DNA of 64,000 nt from Batkoa obscura (taxonomy: Eukaryota): the NCBI GenBank assembly GCA_030770535.1, contig JASVEC010000001.1, positions 1,178,001 through 1,242,000 of the forward strand, given 5' to 3'. This document shows positions 25,279-36,756 of this stretch, piece after piece; the stretch's first letter is position 1, and each line of letters opens with the position of its first letter. The notes under the pieces were generated by a model. That model had not been told where the DNA came from, ran no database searches, and saw only the letters and a program-made list of their open reading frames with translations. Position numbers and translations under genes: made by a program.

Positions 25279-28200
25279 ATGTTTCAAGTCACCAAAGATT
25301 TTATGGGAAAACCGGCACCCCCGAATTATGTAGCTGGTCTTGGAAGAGGGTAAATAAATACCATTTATTAAAAATAGAAAAATATTTAACTAGTTTATTA
25401 GTGCCACCGGGTTTACAACACGTTCCGATATTGGTCCTGCAAGAGAAGCCGTACCAGTAGATATATCAAAGTAAATAATATGCAAAATAAAGAAAAAAAA
25501 TTGATAGTTTTTTTAGTCAAGATGAAGGAGAAGGAGAAGATTCTGAAAAATACCAAGATCCAGATAATGAAACAGGTTTATTTTCAGGAATACCTTATGA
25601 GCAAGATGATGAAGAAGCGGATAGGATTTATGAGTTAATAGATAAAAAAATGGATGAAAGAAGAAAAGTTAGAAGGTAAATAATAATAATATTGGTAACA
25701 GTAATAAATTTTGATACTAAAACAAAACAGAGAAGAAAGAGAAAAAGAAGAGTTGTTAAAATATCGCAAAGAAAGGCCAAAGATACAGCAACAGTTTGCA
25801 GATTTAAAAAGGGGATTAGCAGAAGTATCGGCTGAAGAATGGGCTAGTTTGCCAGATGTTGCCAATATTTCTGGTAAAAATCGTAAAAAGATTAATGCCA
25901 AGGAACGGTAATTTTTTTGCTTTTGTTGTGTTTATTTTTATTTATTTTTATTAGTTTTGCTCCAGTACCAGATTCCATTCTTGAAAAAGCAAGGGAAAAT
26001 GCTAGTTTTAATACAGTTTTAGATCCTATTGAACAGGTAAATATTTATATAGGTTAAAATTTTTAACAAAGCAATAATAACATAGAAATACGGTGGATTT
26101 GAGACACCAAATAACCCCGATAATAGCAATGGAGCATTAACTAATTTTGTCGAAATTGGGCAAGCAAGGGATAAAGTATTAGGATTAAAATTGGACCAAA
26201 TGTCATTTGACTCAGCTAGTGGAAAGAGTACTATTGACCCACGCGGTTATTTAACTGATTTAAATAGCTTAAATATAAAAAGTGATGCTGAAATTGGGTA
26301 TTTGATTTTCGCTTATTATATATATATATTAACTATTTACTTTAGTGATATTAAAAAGGCACGTTTATTGTTAAAATCTGTAACTGGAACAAATCCGAAG
26401 CATGCCCCGGGATGGATTGCAGCAGCAAGATTAGAAGAAGTAGCTAACAAATTCCTTCAAGCTAGAATCACCATTGCTAAAGGTATTGAGCAATGCCCAG
26501 AATCAGAAGATATTTGGTTAGAAGCAGCAAGATTAAATGTAAACTAAATTCCTATTTATGCTTTTTTTTTAATTATAACTTTTATAGACCCCAGAAGCTG
26601 CAAAAAGTATCTTAGCAGACGCAGTCCGTCATCTTCCAAATTCAGTTAAAATATGGGTATTGGCGGCTAAATTAGAAGAAGATAGATTAGCTAAAAAAAG
26701 AGTATATCAAAGAGGTAATACCAAATAATTTTTAGTCTTATTTTATTTATTAAAAAATAATTAGCATTAGAGCATAACCCAACCTCGTTAACTTTATGGC
26801 AATCTGCCATTCGATTAGAAGAAAATCCAGAAGATGCCAAGATGCTATTAGCTGAAGCTGTAAAATTAATTCCAACTTCCATAGAATTATGGCTAGCATT
26901 AGCTAAATTAGAAACATATAAAAAAGCACAAGCTGTTTTACAATCCGCACGTAAAGCTATACCAACCAGCCATGAAATTTGGATCGCAGCCGCTCAGTTA
27001 ATGGAACAACATGGAGAACTTGAGAAAGTTGAAAAAGTTATCAAACTTGGTCTTAAAACATTGCCAAAATATGGAGCTATTTTAAGTAGAGAAGAATGGA
27101 TTAGTGAAGCTGAAAAATGTGAATTACAGCTCAAAGCTATTCCTACAGCTCAGGCTATCATCCGAGCCACCGTTGGTATTGACCTTGATCAAGAAGATCA
27201 AGAAGAAACCTGGCTTAAAGATGCAGAAGCTATTACTGAGCGTGGGGCCATTGAAACTGCAAGAGCAGTTTATGCCTATGCACTTCAAGAATACCCTGGA
27301 TCAGATAATATTTGGATACAAGCAGCTTATTTTGAAAAAGAGCATGGTACAAAGTAAGTTTTAATTTAATTTAATTTGAATAAAAACTAAACTTTAATAT
27401 AGGAAATCATTAGATGAGACATTAGCTGCTGGAACTAAGAGTTGTCCACACTCGGAGATTTTATGGCTTATGCACGCCAAAGAAAAATGGTTAGATGTAA
27501 GTTTAGTTAAATAAGTAATTAAATAAATATTAAAGTTTAAACTATCATAGGGAGATCTTAGTGGCGCGCAGAGCATTTTAAATAAAGCATATGATGTTAA
27601 CCCTAAAAGTGAACAAATCTACCTTGCTGCAGCTAAATTAGAAATTGAAAATCATGAGTTTAAACGCGCTAGAACTTTCTTTACTAAAGCAAGAGAGAAT
27701 GCAGATACTGAAAGGGTAAGCTAATTGTTTACATAATTACTGACAAAAGCTTATGAATGTCTTTAGGTTTGGATGAAATCTATTGCCTTGGAAAGACAAT
27801 GTGGTAATATCGAAGAAGCGATTAACCAGCTCGAAGAAGCGAATAAAAAATTCCCAAACTTTGATAAATTATGGATGATTCGAGGACAGATTGAAGAAGA
27901 CAATGGAAACATTTCAAAAGCTAGAGAAATATATGCTCAAGGTTTAAAATATTGTGTTAATTCAATCACTCTCTGGATTTTAGCCGGTAGGTTAGAAGAA
28001 AAGGCACAGTTGTTAATTAAAGCACGTTCAATTTTAGAAAGAGGACGTAAGCTTAACCCAAAAGAACCTTTATTATGGTTAGAAGCAATAAGAGTTGAAA
28101 TAAGAGCTAATAATACTTCAATGGCAAAAGTACTTATATCTAAAGGTATTTACATTTATTGATTTATATAAATTGCTAACTTTATTGAAAACTATAGCAT

Positions 28201-28660
28201 TACAGGAATGCCCATCCTCAGGATTGTTATGGAGTGAAGCTATCATGATGGAACCACGCCCACAACGTAAATCTAGAGTATCCGATGCTATTAAAGCTTG
28301 CGATAATGACCCAATTATATTTACAACGATGGCTAAGTTATTTCAAACGGATCGTAAAATCGATAAAGCAAGAACCTGGTTTCAAAGAGCAGTTAAATTA
28401 AATCCAGACTATGGTGATGCCTGGACTTGGTTTTATTTATTTGAAACCAAGTTTGGTACCAAGGTAAATAAAAGTACTATGAATCAAGGAAAATTATTAA
28501 TGTTTTGTTTTAGGAGCACCTTGAACAACTGGAAACTAAATATTTACAAGCAGATCCTAAACATGGGGAAATTTGGCAATCCATTTCAAAGAAGCCAAGT
28601 AATTATTATGTAAGGGGGATGGATCTCTTAAAGTTAGTTGCTAGCACTTTGGAATCCTAG
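25279..28660 (+). CDS. PRP6: Pre-mRNA splicing factor Prp6 (HAT/TPR repeats), multi-exon
   Basis: [54 protein letters not shown], many HAT repeats and [14 protein letters not shown]. Confidence 0.96.
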
Positions 28661-29234
28661 TAGGTTGTTATTAAATATGTATAAATAACAAGATTATTTC
28701 TATATAGTTAAAATTTGAGATCTTCAACTCATTTGATCTTTTTTAGATTCTTATTGGTTGGAAAATTAATAAACTAGTTTCAAAAAAAGATGATTTTTTC
28801 GATTTATCAGGAGCGATGACTATTGATTTTTAACTATTAAATAGTGAGTCCACTTAAGAATTTTCTTAAATTTTGTTTATGTATGCATCATAAGATGATA
28901 TTTTTTTAATAATACAACGGTAAGCAATGTTCTTTATTTGAAATGGAGTTGTTTAGTTAAAAATGTTTTATTTTAATAAAGTACGATTTAGCTTTTAAAG
29001 GAACTTGAATCTTTGATTTTCCTGCTTATAAACTTATAACTTTTATAGAAATATGATTCAAAATTAAATAGAAATACCCTTAGTAAATATAAACATTTTA
29101 ATATTTAAATAAAACAAACTATAATAGAAACTTATATTATTTCTGAAGATATATTTGACGAATAGTAAAAAGAAAGACTAGATAAGATAGAAAAATAAAT
29201 TGTTGATAGAGCTAAAAAAGCAAGTAAAGAGCAA

Positions 29235-30206
29235 CTAGCTTTGACGTTGTTTCTTACTTTCCTTTGGAAAAAGCTCTTGAATCAAAAAATAGGCTGAAGA
29301 AGATACTGGACTATTCAATGAGGCATGATCAAGGATACATTTGGCGTATGGGTAAAACTCTACTTCTTTAACATAGAGTTTATAGTCCATTAAACGAAGG
29401 AATGATGCCTCTGTAAGGGATGTCTCAATGGGGGTAAGTCCAACGATCTTTGCCCATGTTTTGTTTGAAAAATTGGCGTCTTGGAGATACTTTGATGCGC
29501 AAATTAAGGAAGCTAAGAACATTCTACGACCACAAAAGGCCGCGTTCTGGGTAGCATTCTCGCCAACTCTGGTAATTAGAACCTGGCGAGTAAGAGCTAC
29601 AGTTTCCTTAACTTTAAGACAATACATTAAAGCTACTTGGACGACAGTCTTAGTAACACGAGAACGTTTAAAGATTTCAGTTACATAATGATGGAGTGAC
29701 TTGCGATCATCTTTGGAGGAGCCTTTTGAAGTTAGACCCCAGACCTGTTCGATGGTCATCACTGCAAGATCTATAAGACAACTAACCATTTGGTTAGAGT
29801 TGGAGCCGGAAGTTGGTGCGCGGCAATATTTTTGCTGTTGAGCAATTTGAAGACCTTTCTTAATAGATCGCTCTAAAGTTGAAGCTCCAGCTTGACGTTT
29901 TTTATCTCTGTTCTGAGCTGCGACAGAAGTTGTGTGAGCAGGATTAATAAGATCCTTGATAGCAATACGAGAATAAGGGTGAGTCTTATCATTCTTAAGC
30001 TGCTGAGGATACGATGGGGTGGGTAATCCGTGAGTATTAGATCCTGCTACATTGTAGTTTTGTTTATCATGCGAGATATAATTATCTGGTGAAGGCAGGT
30101 GTGAGTTTGAACTAGAAGAATAAGCATCTGAAGCATGGAGCTCAGGAACCTCAAAAGAGGCTTCTGAGCTAGCTATTGTTTTTAATGAAAAATCTATGGC
30201 TGACAT
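29235..30206 (-). CDS. Pcl5/Pas1-like Pho85 cyclin
   Basis: EIFKRSRVT..VVQVALMY and CGRRMFLASLICASKYLQDANFSNKTWAKIVGL motifs. Confidence 0.88.
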   Translation of the reverse strand: MSAIDFSLKTIASSEASFEVPELHASDAYSSSSNSHLPSPDNYISHDKQNYNVAGSNTHGLPTPSYPQQLKNDKTHPYSRIAIKDLINPAHTTSVAAQNRDKKRQAGASTLERSIKKGLQIAQQQKYCRAPTSGSNSNQMVSCLIDLAVMTIEQVWGLTSKGSSKDDRKSLHHYVTEIFKRSRVTKTVVQVALMYCLKVKETVALTRQVLITRVGENATQNAAFCGRRMFLASLICASKYLQDANFSNKTWAKIVGLTPIETSLTEASFLRLMDYKLYVKEVEFYPYAKCILDHASLNSPVSSSAYFLIQELFPKESKKQRQS

Positions 30207-31018
30207 ATTATTAATTTGTTGTTGTTGTTGTTATAAAAGAAGAGTTATAAGATGTTGTTAAAGTTGAACCAGATAAATCTTTGGAAACTCTTCAATCAAT
30301 TAGAGGTATTAACACTGGGTTACTTACGGACAAAAAATACCAGCCAAAAAAGTTGTTGTTTGCAGCTAATAGATGCAATAAAGAAATGAATGAAAACGGA
30401 TACCACCTGTGAAAAATTAGGGCCTAGATTAATATAATATAAAACTAAAATCGGCCTTGCGTCTCTTACGAGTAGGAGGGGTGTGTATGTAGATAGGCTT
30501 AAGTAAGGGTACGGGGGTTACTGAAGTCTCAGATGAATAGAGTTGAAAATAGAAAAAGTCTAACCAGTCAGGGAAAGAATGAAAGTGTTGTTTTTGTTTA
30601 GTTGGCTTAAAGTAAAGTGTTTGTAAATGTGTAGTGCTTTTTGTATCTAATAAATCGAAAAGAAAATCCTCAAGATAAACCTGGTTCTTTAATAGGTTCT
30701 GATTCTTAAAAATTATACTGGAGAAACTGAAAAAATTTAGCAAAGGAGAAAAGCCATGGTGGCTCTTATAAAAAATACAGTCGCTTGGTTTGGGGCCGCA
30801 GGGGGCAGTTGATACTAAAAATAAATTAAAGTGAAAAAATTAAAAGCTTGCTTTGTTGAAAGTTGCTTGTATTAGGTTCTATGCAAAATATGCTGCGAGA
30901 ACCTAGGAGAAGATATTTTATTTGAGAAGGTTAATTTTCTTTTTAAATCCTAGTAGTTAACTGCGGTTTACTAGCTAAGTACTTATTGTAATAAACTTAA
31001 AGTGGTAAGTTCTTGAAA

Positions 31019-31473
31019 ATTGGTGATTGACTTAAAAGAGGAGGAGGAATTACAATTGTTAATATCGACTTTATCTTCCTAATGGCTGGTATTAAATAGT
31101 TTAATCTCTTTCCATAGGATCCTCAACTGATTGGCTATGGTATCTTGATTAATAAATAATTTGGTTCAATATGAATCAAGTAATTTTGATTGGTAGTAAG
31201 GACTTGCTGATTGGATTTTATTATTAATGATGTCTCATTTCATTAGCAATGCTTAGCCAATGGCTTATATTTATTTATTAATAATAAACAAACTAAGTGG
31301 TTAATCTCTTGAATGGTAGGTTGGTTAAGAACAACTGATATTTCAAACTTCAAGTTAAGCAACTGCGGAATTGTATAATGACATAATTTTTGACTTAATT
31401 TACTAAAATAAGTATAATAAGTATGGTGTTAAATGGTTCCTATCTATTTTTATCTAATCACTACAAGCATTGG
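31019..31473. promoter_or_regulatory. Cluster of six CCAAT boxes upstream of the Pcl5-like cyclin
   Basis: ATTGG/CCAAT at 31019, 31130, 31189, 31210, 31257 and 31469. Confidence 0.45.
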
Positions 31474-32606
31474 TAGGTGCTCAGTGTCGAAAAAACCACT
31501 AAGAAAAATCAATCGATTTCAATTTATTATTCAAGCAAAATCCAAGCTGCAAGGTGGGAAATGGACAAGGTAAAACAGTAGCCAAACAAATACGTCATAG
31601 ATTATGAAACTATGAATATTTATGATTAATAAGTCAAGATAAGCAGAAGCAGACATATTATGACGCATACTAAGCTTAGTCAATCTTAGAGTTTAAATTG
31701 CTAAACACTTTTAAATAACTAAAAATAAAGCTTTTTATCATTGATAATTATACTGTTATCAATATAAAGTGTCTATTACTTTGATATACAATATGAAATA
31801 TAAACCTGTTAATGCTATTTTAACTGGTATTTGGTAAGTGCTCAAATAAAAACTATAAATAAGGCGGTATTTACTTTTAGCAATTAGTCAAACTAAAGTA
31901 TTGTTTAAGATGAGCTATGATTATATTTATAACATACATTGATATGCGTATACTAATATTATATTAAAATAATATATAAAAGTTTTATTGTTGCTTAATA
32001 ATTATAAATTATTCAACAATCAAATGTATATCTAGTTAATAGTGAGAATAAATTAACCTTTATTTCTATGCTTTAAATTCAACCTTAGTCATTCTAGATA
32101 AAATGACTAATCAAAACTTAAATCTTCCAAAATTATACTTGTTGCATCTCTTTTGAGACCCAACTAATTGCTTATTTAAGAGAAATATTTATGTTAAAAT
32201 TAGGTTAAAATATGAAAATTAGTTAAAAAGTTGATTATACAAACAATTCAACTATAAAAATTAACATTAAAAATTGTAAGAGTTGTAATAACTGTATTAA
32301 GCTTATAAATTTTGCAAAAAGTTTAATATTAAATTTCAATAGTCTTTGACTTAATTTGCATTATTTTTGATGTATTTGCTATAAAATGATATTGATTCTT
32401 CATAAATGCTAATAATTACACTAAAAATAAAGAAGTAATACAAGTTACTGTTTGAAACTTATTATTATTATTATTAAACGTTTAACAATTTTAAATTAAC
32501 TCTCTATTTAAATTATAATGTAAATTTATTAAATATGTTAAAAATAAAAATAACTTGATAACGCTTTATTTTTTTATTTTTTTTAAAACAAAATAAAAAG
32601 CTGAAT

Positions 32607-32711
32607 ATATGAGGATATATTTGTGTTTAAGAATTCTACCAACAATTTTTCCGCTCAAATAGCGCTTAAAGGGTAGGAAAACTGATGAGGTCAAAAAAAA
32701 CACCCCCATAT
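32607..32711 (-). mobile_element. MITE family 1 copy
   Basis: Reverse-orientation match; ATAT flanks. Confidence 0.85.
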
Positions 32712-33012
32712 ATTAAACTATTCCATTTTTAAATAAAAACGGTTATTATATATAACATTATAGTCTTAAATAAAGTTAATAATTAATAATAAGTAATTTG
32801 ATTTAAAAATAAATATAAACCTTTTAAATTAAAAAATATTTAAATTTTATAAAAGTTGATTTAAATTTTTAATAGTTTTAAATAGTTTAATAAAGTAATA
32901 TATACTATAAAAGCTGATTTTTATAATTTATTTCTATTTTATATAACTTTTTATTATATTTTATATTTATAAGTTAAATTTTGTTTTAATTATAACTTAA
33001 AGTTTGTTAATT

Positions 33013-33118
33013 ATATGAGGGTGTTTTTCTTGGCTTCATTATTTTTTCATTTTTTAAGCGTTATTTCAGTGGAAAGATTGTTAGTAAAATTCTTAAACAA
33101 AAAAATACATCCCCATAT
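33013..33118 (+). mobile_element. MITE family 1 copy
   Basis: Consensus match; ATAT flanks. Confidence 0.85.
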
Positions 33119-33145
33119 CAGCTTTACTTGAGATTATGATGCTAT

Positions 33146-33189
33146 ATATCGTGGTGTTTTTTTTGGCTTTATCACTTTTTCCATCTTTT
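33146..33189 (+). mobile_element. MITE family 1, 5' half fragment
   Basis: GGTGTTTTTTTTGGCTTTATCACTTTTTCCATCTTTT, then similarity ends. Confidence 0.75.
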
Positions 33190-33439
33190 TATAACTAATA
33201 TAAACATTTTAAATTAAAGAACATTAATGTTTTATAATAATTAGACTATTAAAACAAGTATAAAAGTTTAAATGAATTTTTAATTTTAGTTTTATAAAAA
33301 ACATTCTTTTCAAAATTATTTATAAGTATTAAAAACTAAATACGATAAAGTTTATTTAAATACGTTACAATTAGATACTAAGCTTTATAATAGCTATCAC
33401 TTAAAAAATCAATTTAAATATTAACACTTTTAATTATAG

Positions 33440-33523
33440 TATAGGGGTATTTTTTTTATTCTTTGTGCAATTTGAGGGGAAAGATTATTAGTAAAATTTA
33501 AACATAAAAATATATCCTCATAT
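33440..33523 (+). mobile_element. MITE family 1 copy with internal deletion
   Basis: Both termini and the 3' half are recognisable. Confidence 0.7.
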
Positions 33524-33549
33524 ATTGAATTTTGTTATAAAATAGAATT

Positions 33550-33654
33550 ATTAGGGGATGTTTTTTTGGCTTCATCACTTTTTTCATTTTTTAAGCACTA
33601 TCGAGCGGGAAATACGTCAGTAAATCTCTTAAAGAAAAAGAGACATCCCCATTC
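33550..33654 (+). mobile_element. MITE family 1 copy (diverged)
   Basis: GGGGATG...ACATCCCC; flanks ATTA/ATTC. Confidence 0.8.
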
Positions 33655-33791
33655 TTTATATGCTTATTTGATTCAATTTAAACTTAAATAATAATATACA
33701 GAGTAATAGTAAAATTAAAAATAGCTATTTAGTTTTGTGTAAATGTTTATAATGTTTTCAAAATAACACTTTAATTTATAACGTTTACAAA

Positions 33792-33898
33792 AAATGGGGA
33801 TGTATTTTTGGGTTTAAAAATTTTACTAACAGTTTTTCCGCTCAAATAGCGCTTAAAAGATGGAAAAAATGATGAAGCCAAAAAAAACACCCCCATAT
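33792..33898 (-). mobile_element. MITE family 1 copy
   Basis: Reverse-orientation, near consensus. Confidence 0.88.
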
Positions 33899-34153
33899 TT
33901 TTGAAAATTGCTACTAAATACATAGAAGCTGGGTTAAATATACTTGCCATTAAAAGAGCTTTACTTTAAAAGGAAGATTTCACTTTATATAGTGAATATT
34001 TATAGTAGGTGTAAAATAGACAATTTAATGATTGTGAAATTCATGACAAACTTTAGGTAATGAGATAAAATTCAGATATATCCTTCGTTCTAAAAATAGT
34101 TTTCTTGTTTTTATACCTCATTCACATTTAAAGATGTTTTATTCTTAAAGAAT

Positions 34154-34258
34154 ATATGGGGATATATTTTTTTGTAAGAATTTTACTGATAGCTTTTCCA
34201 CTCAAATAGCCCTTGAAAAATGGAAAAAGTGATGAAGCCAAAAAAAACACCTCCATAT
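34154..34258 (-). mobile_element. MITE family 1 copy
   Basis: Reverse-orientation match; ATAT flanks. Confidence 0.85.
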
Positions 34259-36072
34259 TTATAAATTAAAAGTAGGAATAGTCCTTACTTTTTTAGTAAG
34301 ATACCGATTTCATATATGCATAACAAGTATAACTATTTAAAAAATTAGTTTCTTTAATAACGACTGGCTTTATTTTGTTTGTAGTATTATTATCATTTTC
34401 TTTTTTATTGTGTTGAATAGTTTAAAAGTTCAAATATATCTTAATAAGATAATTTCGAGTACAATTCCTAAAGGCTTTAAAGAGGTCTACATATTTCTGT
34501 TTTGATTTTCCACAATTAAACATGTTTGATAATTGTAATATTCAATTTAGAAAGAATTTCCTCTAATTTATATCTTTGAATATTACCGCGTTTGAGTTAT
34601 AGTCTACTTTTTATAGACTATAATTCTTATCCATAATTTTAAATGCTTTGACAAATTTGGGATGTAAAAAAGCCAAAAAATTTGCGCTCAATTCCCTTAA
34701 CAAGCTAATTGAGCGGAAAAAGATTACACAAAAAGCACGTGGTATTTAGTGTAATAATATATCTTAAAGCTCAACTGTTTGCTAATATAAAATTTATTAA
34801 ATGGGCCTTCAATATATTCTTTAAATCAGTTATTCAGCAACTAAGCGTTGAAAGGAATTAAGCAGCCAAAGGCCCTGCACTTAGAAACCCATATTTCGGC
34901 TTCTCTCAATAGCATTTTATGGCTTATAATACCCAGCATAATTCCTTCCCACTTTAAGCTCAGCTAATTATCTTTAACGAACTTGGATTGAGTACTAATG
35001 TCATTAAATAGGTTGCTTGGAATAATTGGTAAATCTCTAATTACAATATTTCACTTTTATTTTATATACTAAATAACCAGCCATAAACATAACATATTAG
35101 TCTATTTTTATTTAATAAAAATCCTTTAAATTTTTACAAAAAGTACTGTTAATCTATTTATTATAAGTATCAATATAATTATAAAGCATTAGGTAATTTA
35201 ACTAAATTAAAGAAAAAAAAATAAAAAAAAACAGCGATAAAATTTATATGGAAGTAAAAATAGCTAATAATTGCTCTAGTTTTTTATAGGATAGTATCTT
35301 TTTTAAAAAATAATTAATTCCGAGTAAATTTGAGCGAGATAAAGTCATAAAAAACCTGTTATTGAGCATAGTGATATTCCAAATATTATTTTTTTTAAAA
35401 ATTTAAAAAGTACAAAACCCCATGTGGTAAGGCAGTGATTTATCGATTTCTAAAAGTTTATCAAAGTAAATGATATTATATTTATAATAAACTTCTATCT
35501 TTGTAATAAATTTGTAGATTTTACCTGTTTGTACCTAATTTTATAAATACTTTTTACTGTGAATCAATTATAAACCTGGGTTTCTAATTTCCACATTATC
35601 TTGTAGAATTTTTAATTCCCAACGTCTAAAGTTAATAAGTTACGCATTGAAATATAGTAATAACACTGTCTATATTTAAATAAAAAATAAACAGGTTTTA
35701 ATACTAACAATAAAATAGCCAATGAGATGCTATTTTAGAGCTTGAAAATATTTTCAACCAATTATTTTTATAATCATTTGATATACTTATTAATTGACTG
35801 ACCTATTCATAATAATAATTTGTACTACATTCTAAATATTTTAATATTTTTGTACATTTTTAGTCTAAATAAAAATTTATTAAGTTTGGTAACTTCCAAT
35901 TACAATTTAAGGCCCGTCGTTTTCATTTTATTACATCAAATCCTACACTAATGAAAAATAAGCTTTGATAACAAAAAAAAAGAGATATAAATAGGCAAGA
36001 AAAGACAAAAATTAAATTTAAACTTATTGTTTGTTTTATTATTATCTAGTGTTTAGTACCATAATATACATA

Positions 36073-36756
36073 ATGACCTTAACTGAAGAGTACAATAACA
36101 CTGTTTTCATTCCTTACGAGACTAAAGTTTTAAATAAATCCCCTAATAACAAATCTGCTAACACTAAGTTTGGTAACGCTAAATCTCACAATAAATTTGC
36201 TAGTACCAGAAAAAACAAATCAAAAAAAGGATCTCATTTAAGTATCACCACAACTTATCCACCTATCATTCCTTATCCATCCCATTCAACTAGTAATAAC
36301 AGCTACTATCTTCATAGTCAAGATATATTAAGCACTCAAGGAGCTTTTGAAGCGTCCGAGTCAGTTTCAATGCTACCAGATTCTCCAGGTTCAGTCACTT
36401 CCTTCAACAGTGAACAAGCAACAGGATTATCAGAATACGATTTACTCGAATATTATATGACCAATATTAATCATGTATACGAAGATGCAATAACTTATGA
36501 TATCATTAATAGGCTACAATGCGGTACACCTACGCCTACCGAATCCTTTTTATTTTTTTCAATTTGCTCAATGTCGATAATGCTTAAAACAGAAGATATA
36601 AAAGGACCTATGTTCACGTATTATTATTCATCAGCAATTGAATTAATGTCAACAATTAAGCATGAATCAAGGGACTCTATTTATTATTTTTCATGCGGCC
36701 TCATGGAATTTATAAAAATCTACTTAGATATCAGCATTGTTAACAAATTGTATTAA
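36073..36756 (+). CDS. Paralogue of the 6143 transcription factor, lacking the Zn-cluster
   Basis: C-terminal PTPTESFLFFSIC...YYYSSAIELM...RDSIYY aligns by eye with the 6143 product. ATG at 36073, after TATAAATA near 35987. Confidence 0.8.
   Translation: MTLTEEYNNTVFIPYETKVLNKSPNNKSANTKFGNAKSHNKFASTRKNKSKKGSHLSITTTYPPIIPYPSHSTSNNSYYLHSQDILSTQGAFEASESVSMLPDSPGSVTSFNSEQATGLSEYDLLEYYMTNINHVYEDAITYDIINRLQCGTPTPTESFLFFSICSMSIMLKTEDIKGPMFTYYYSSAIELMSTIKHESRDSIYYFSCGLMEFIKIYLDISIVNKLY

Noticed and set aside
30393..30403. GTATCCGTTTT on the minus strand resembling a U12 5' splice site
   Set aside because: It mismatches RTATCCTTT and I see no TCCTTAAC-type branch point downstream.
30780..32600. Gcn4 sites upstream of the Pcl5-like cyclin
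   Set aside because: No TGACTC/GAGTCA seen; only CRE-like ACGTCAT and ATGACGCA near 31593 and 31660.
32607..34258. CRISPR-like or tRNA/SINE-like repeat array
   Set aside because: Eukaryotic context, ~100-bp units, mixed orientation, irregular spacing, TIRs, and no recognisable A/B boxes or poly(A) tail.
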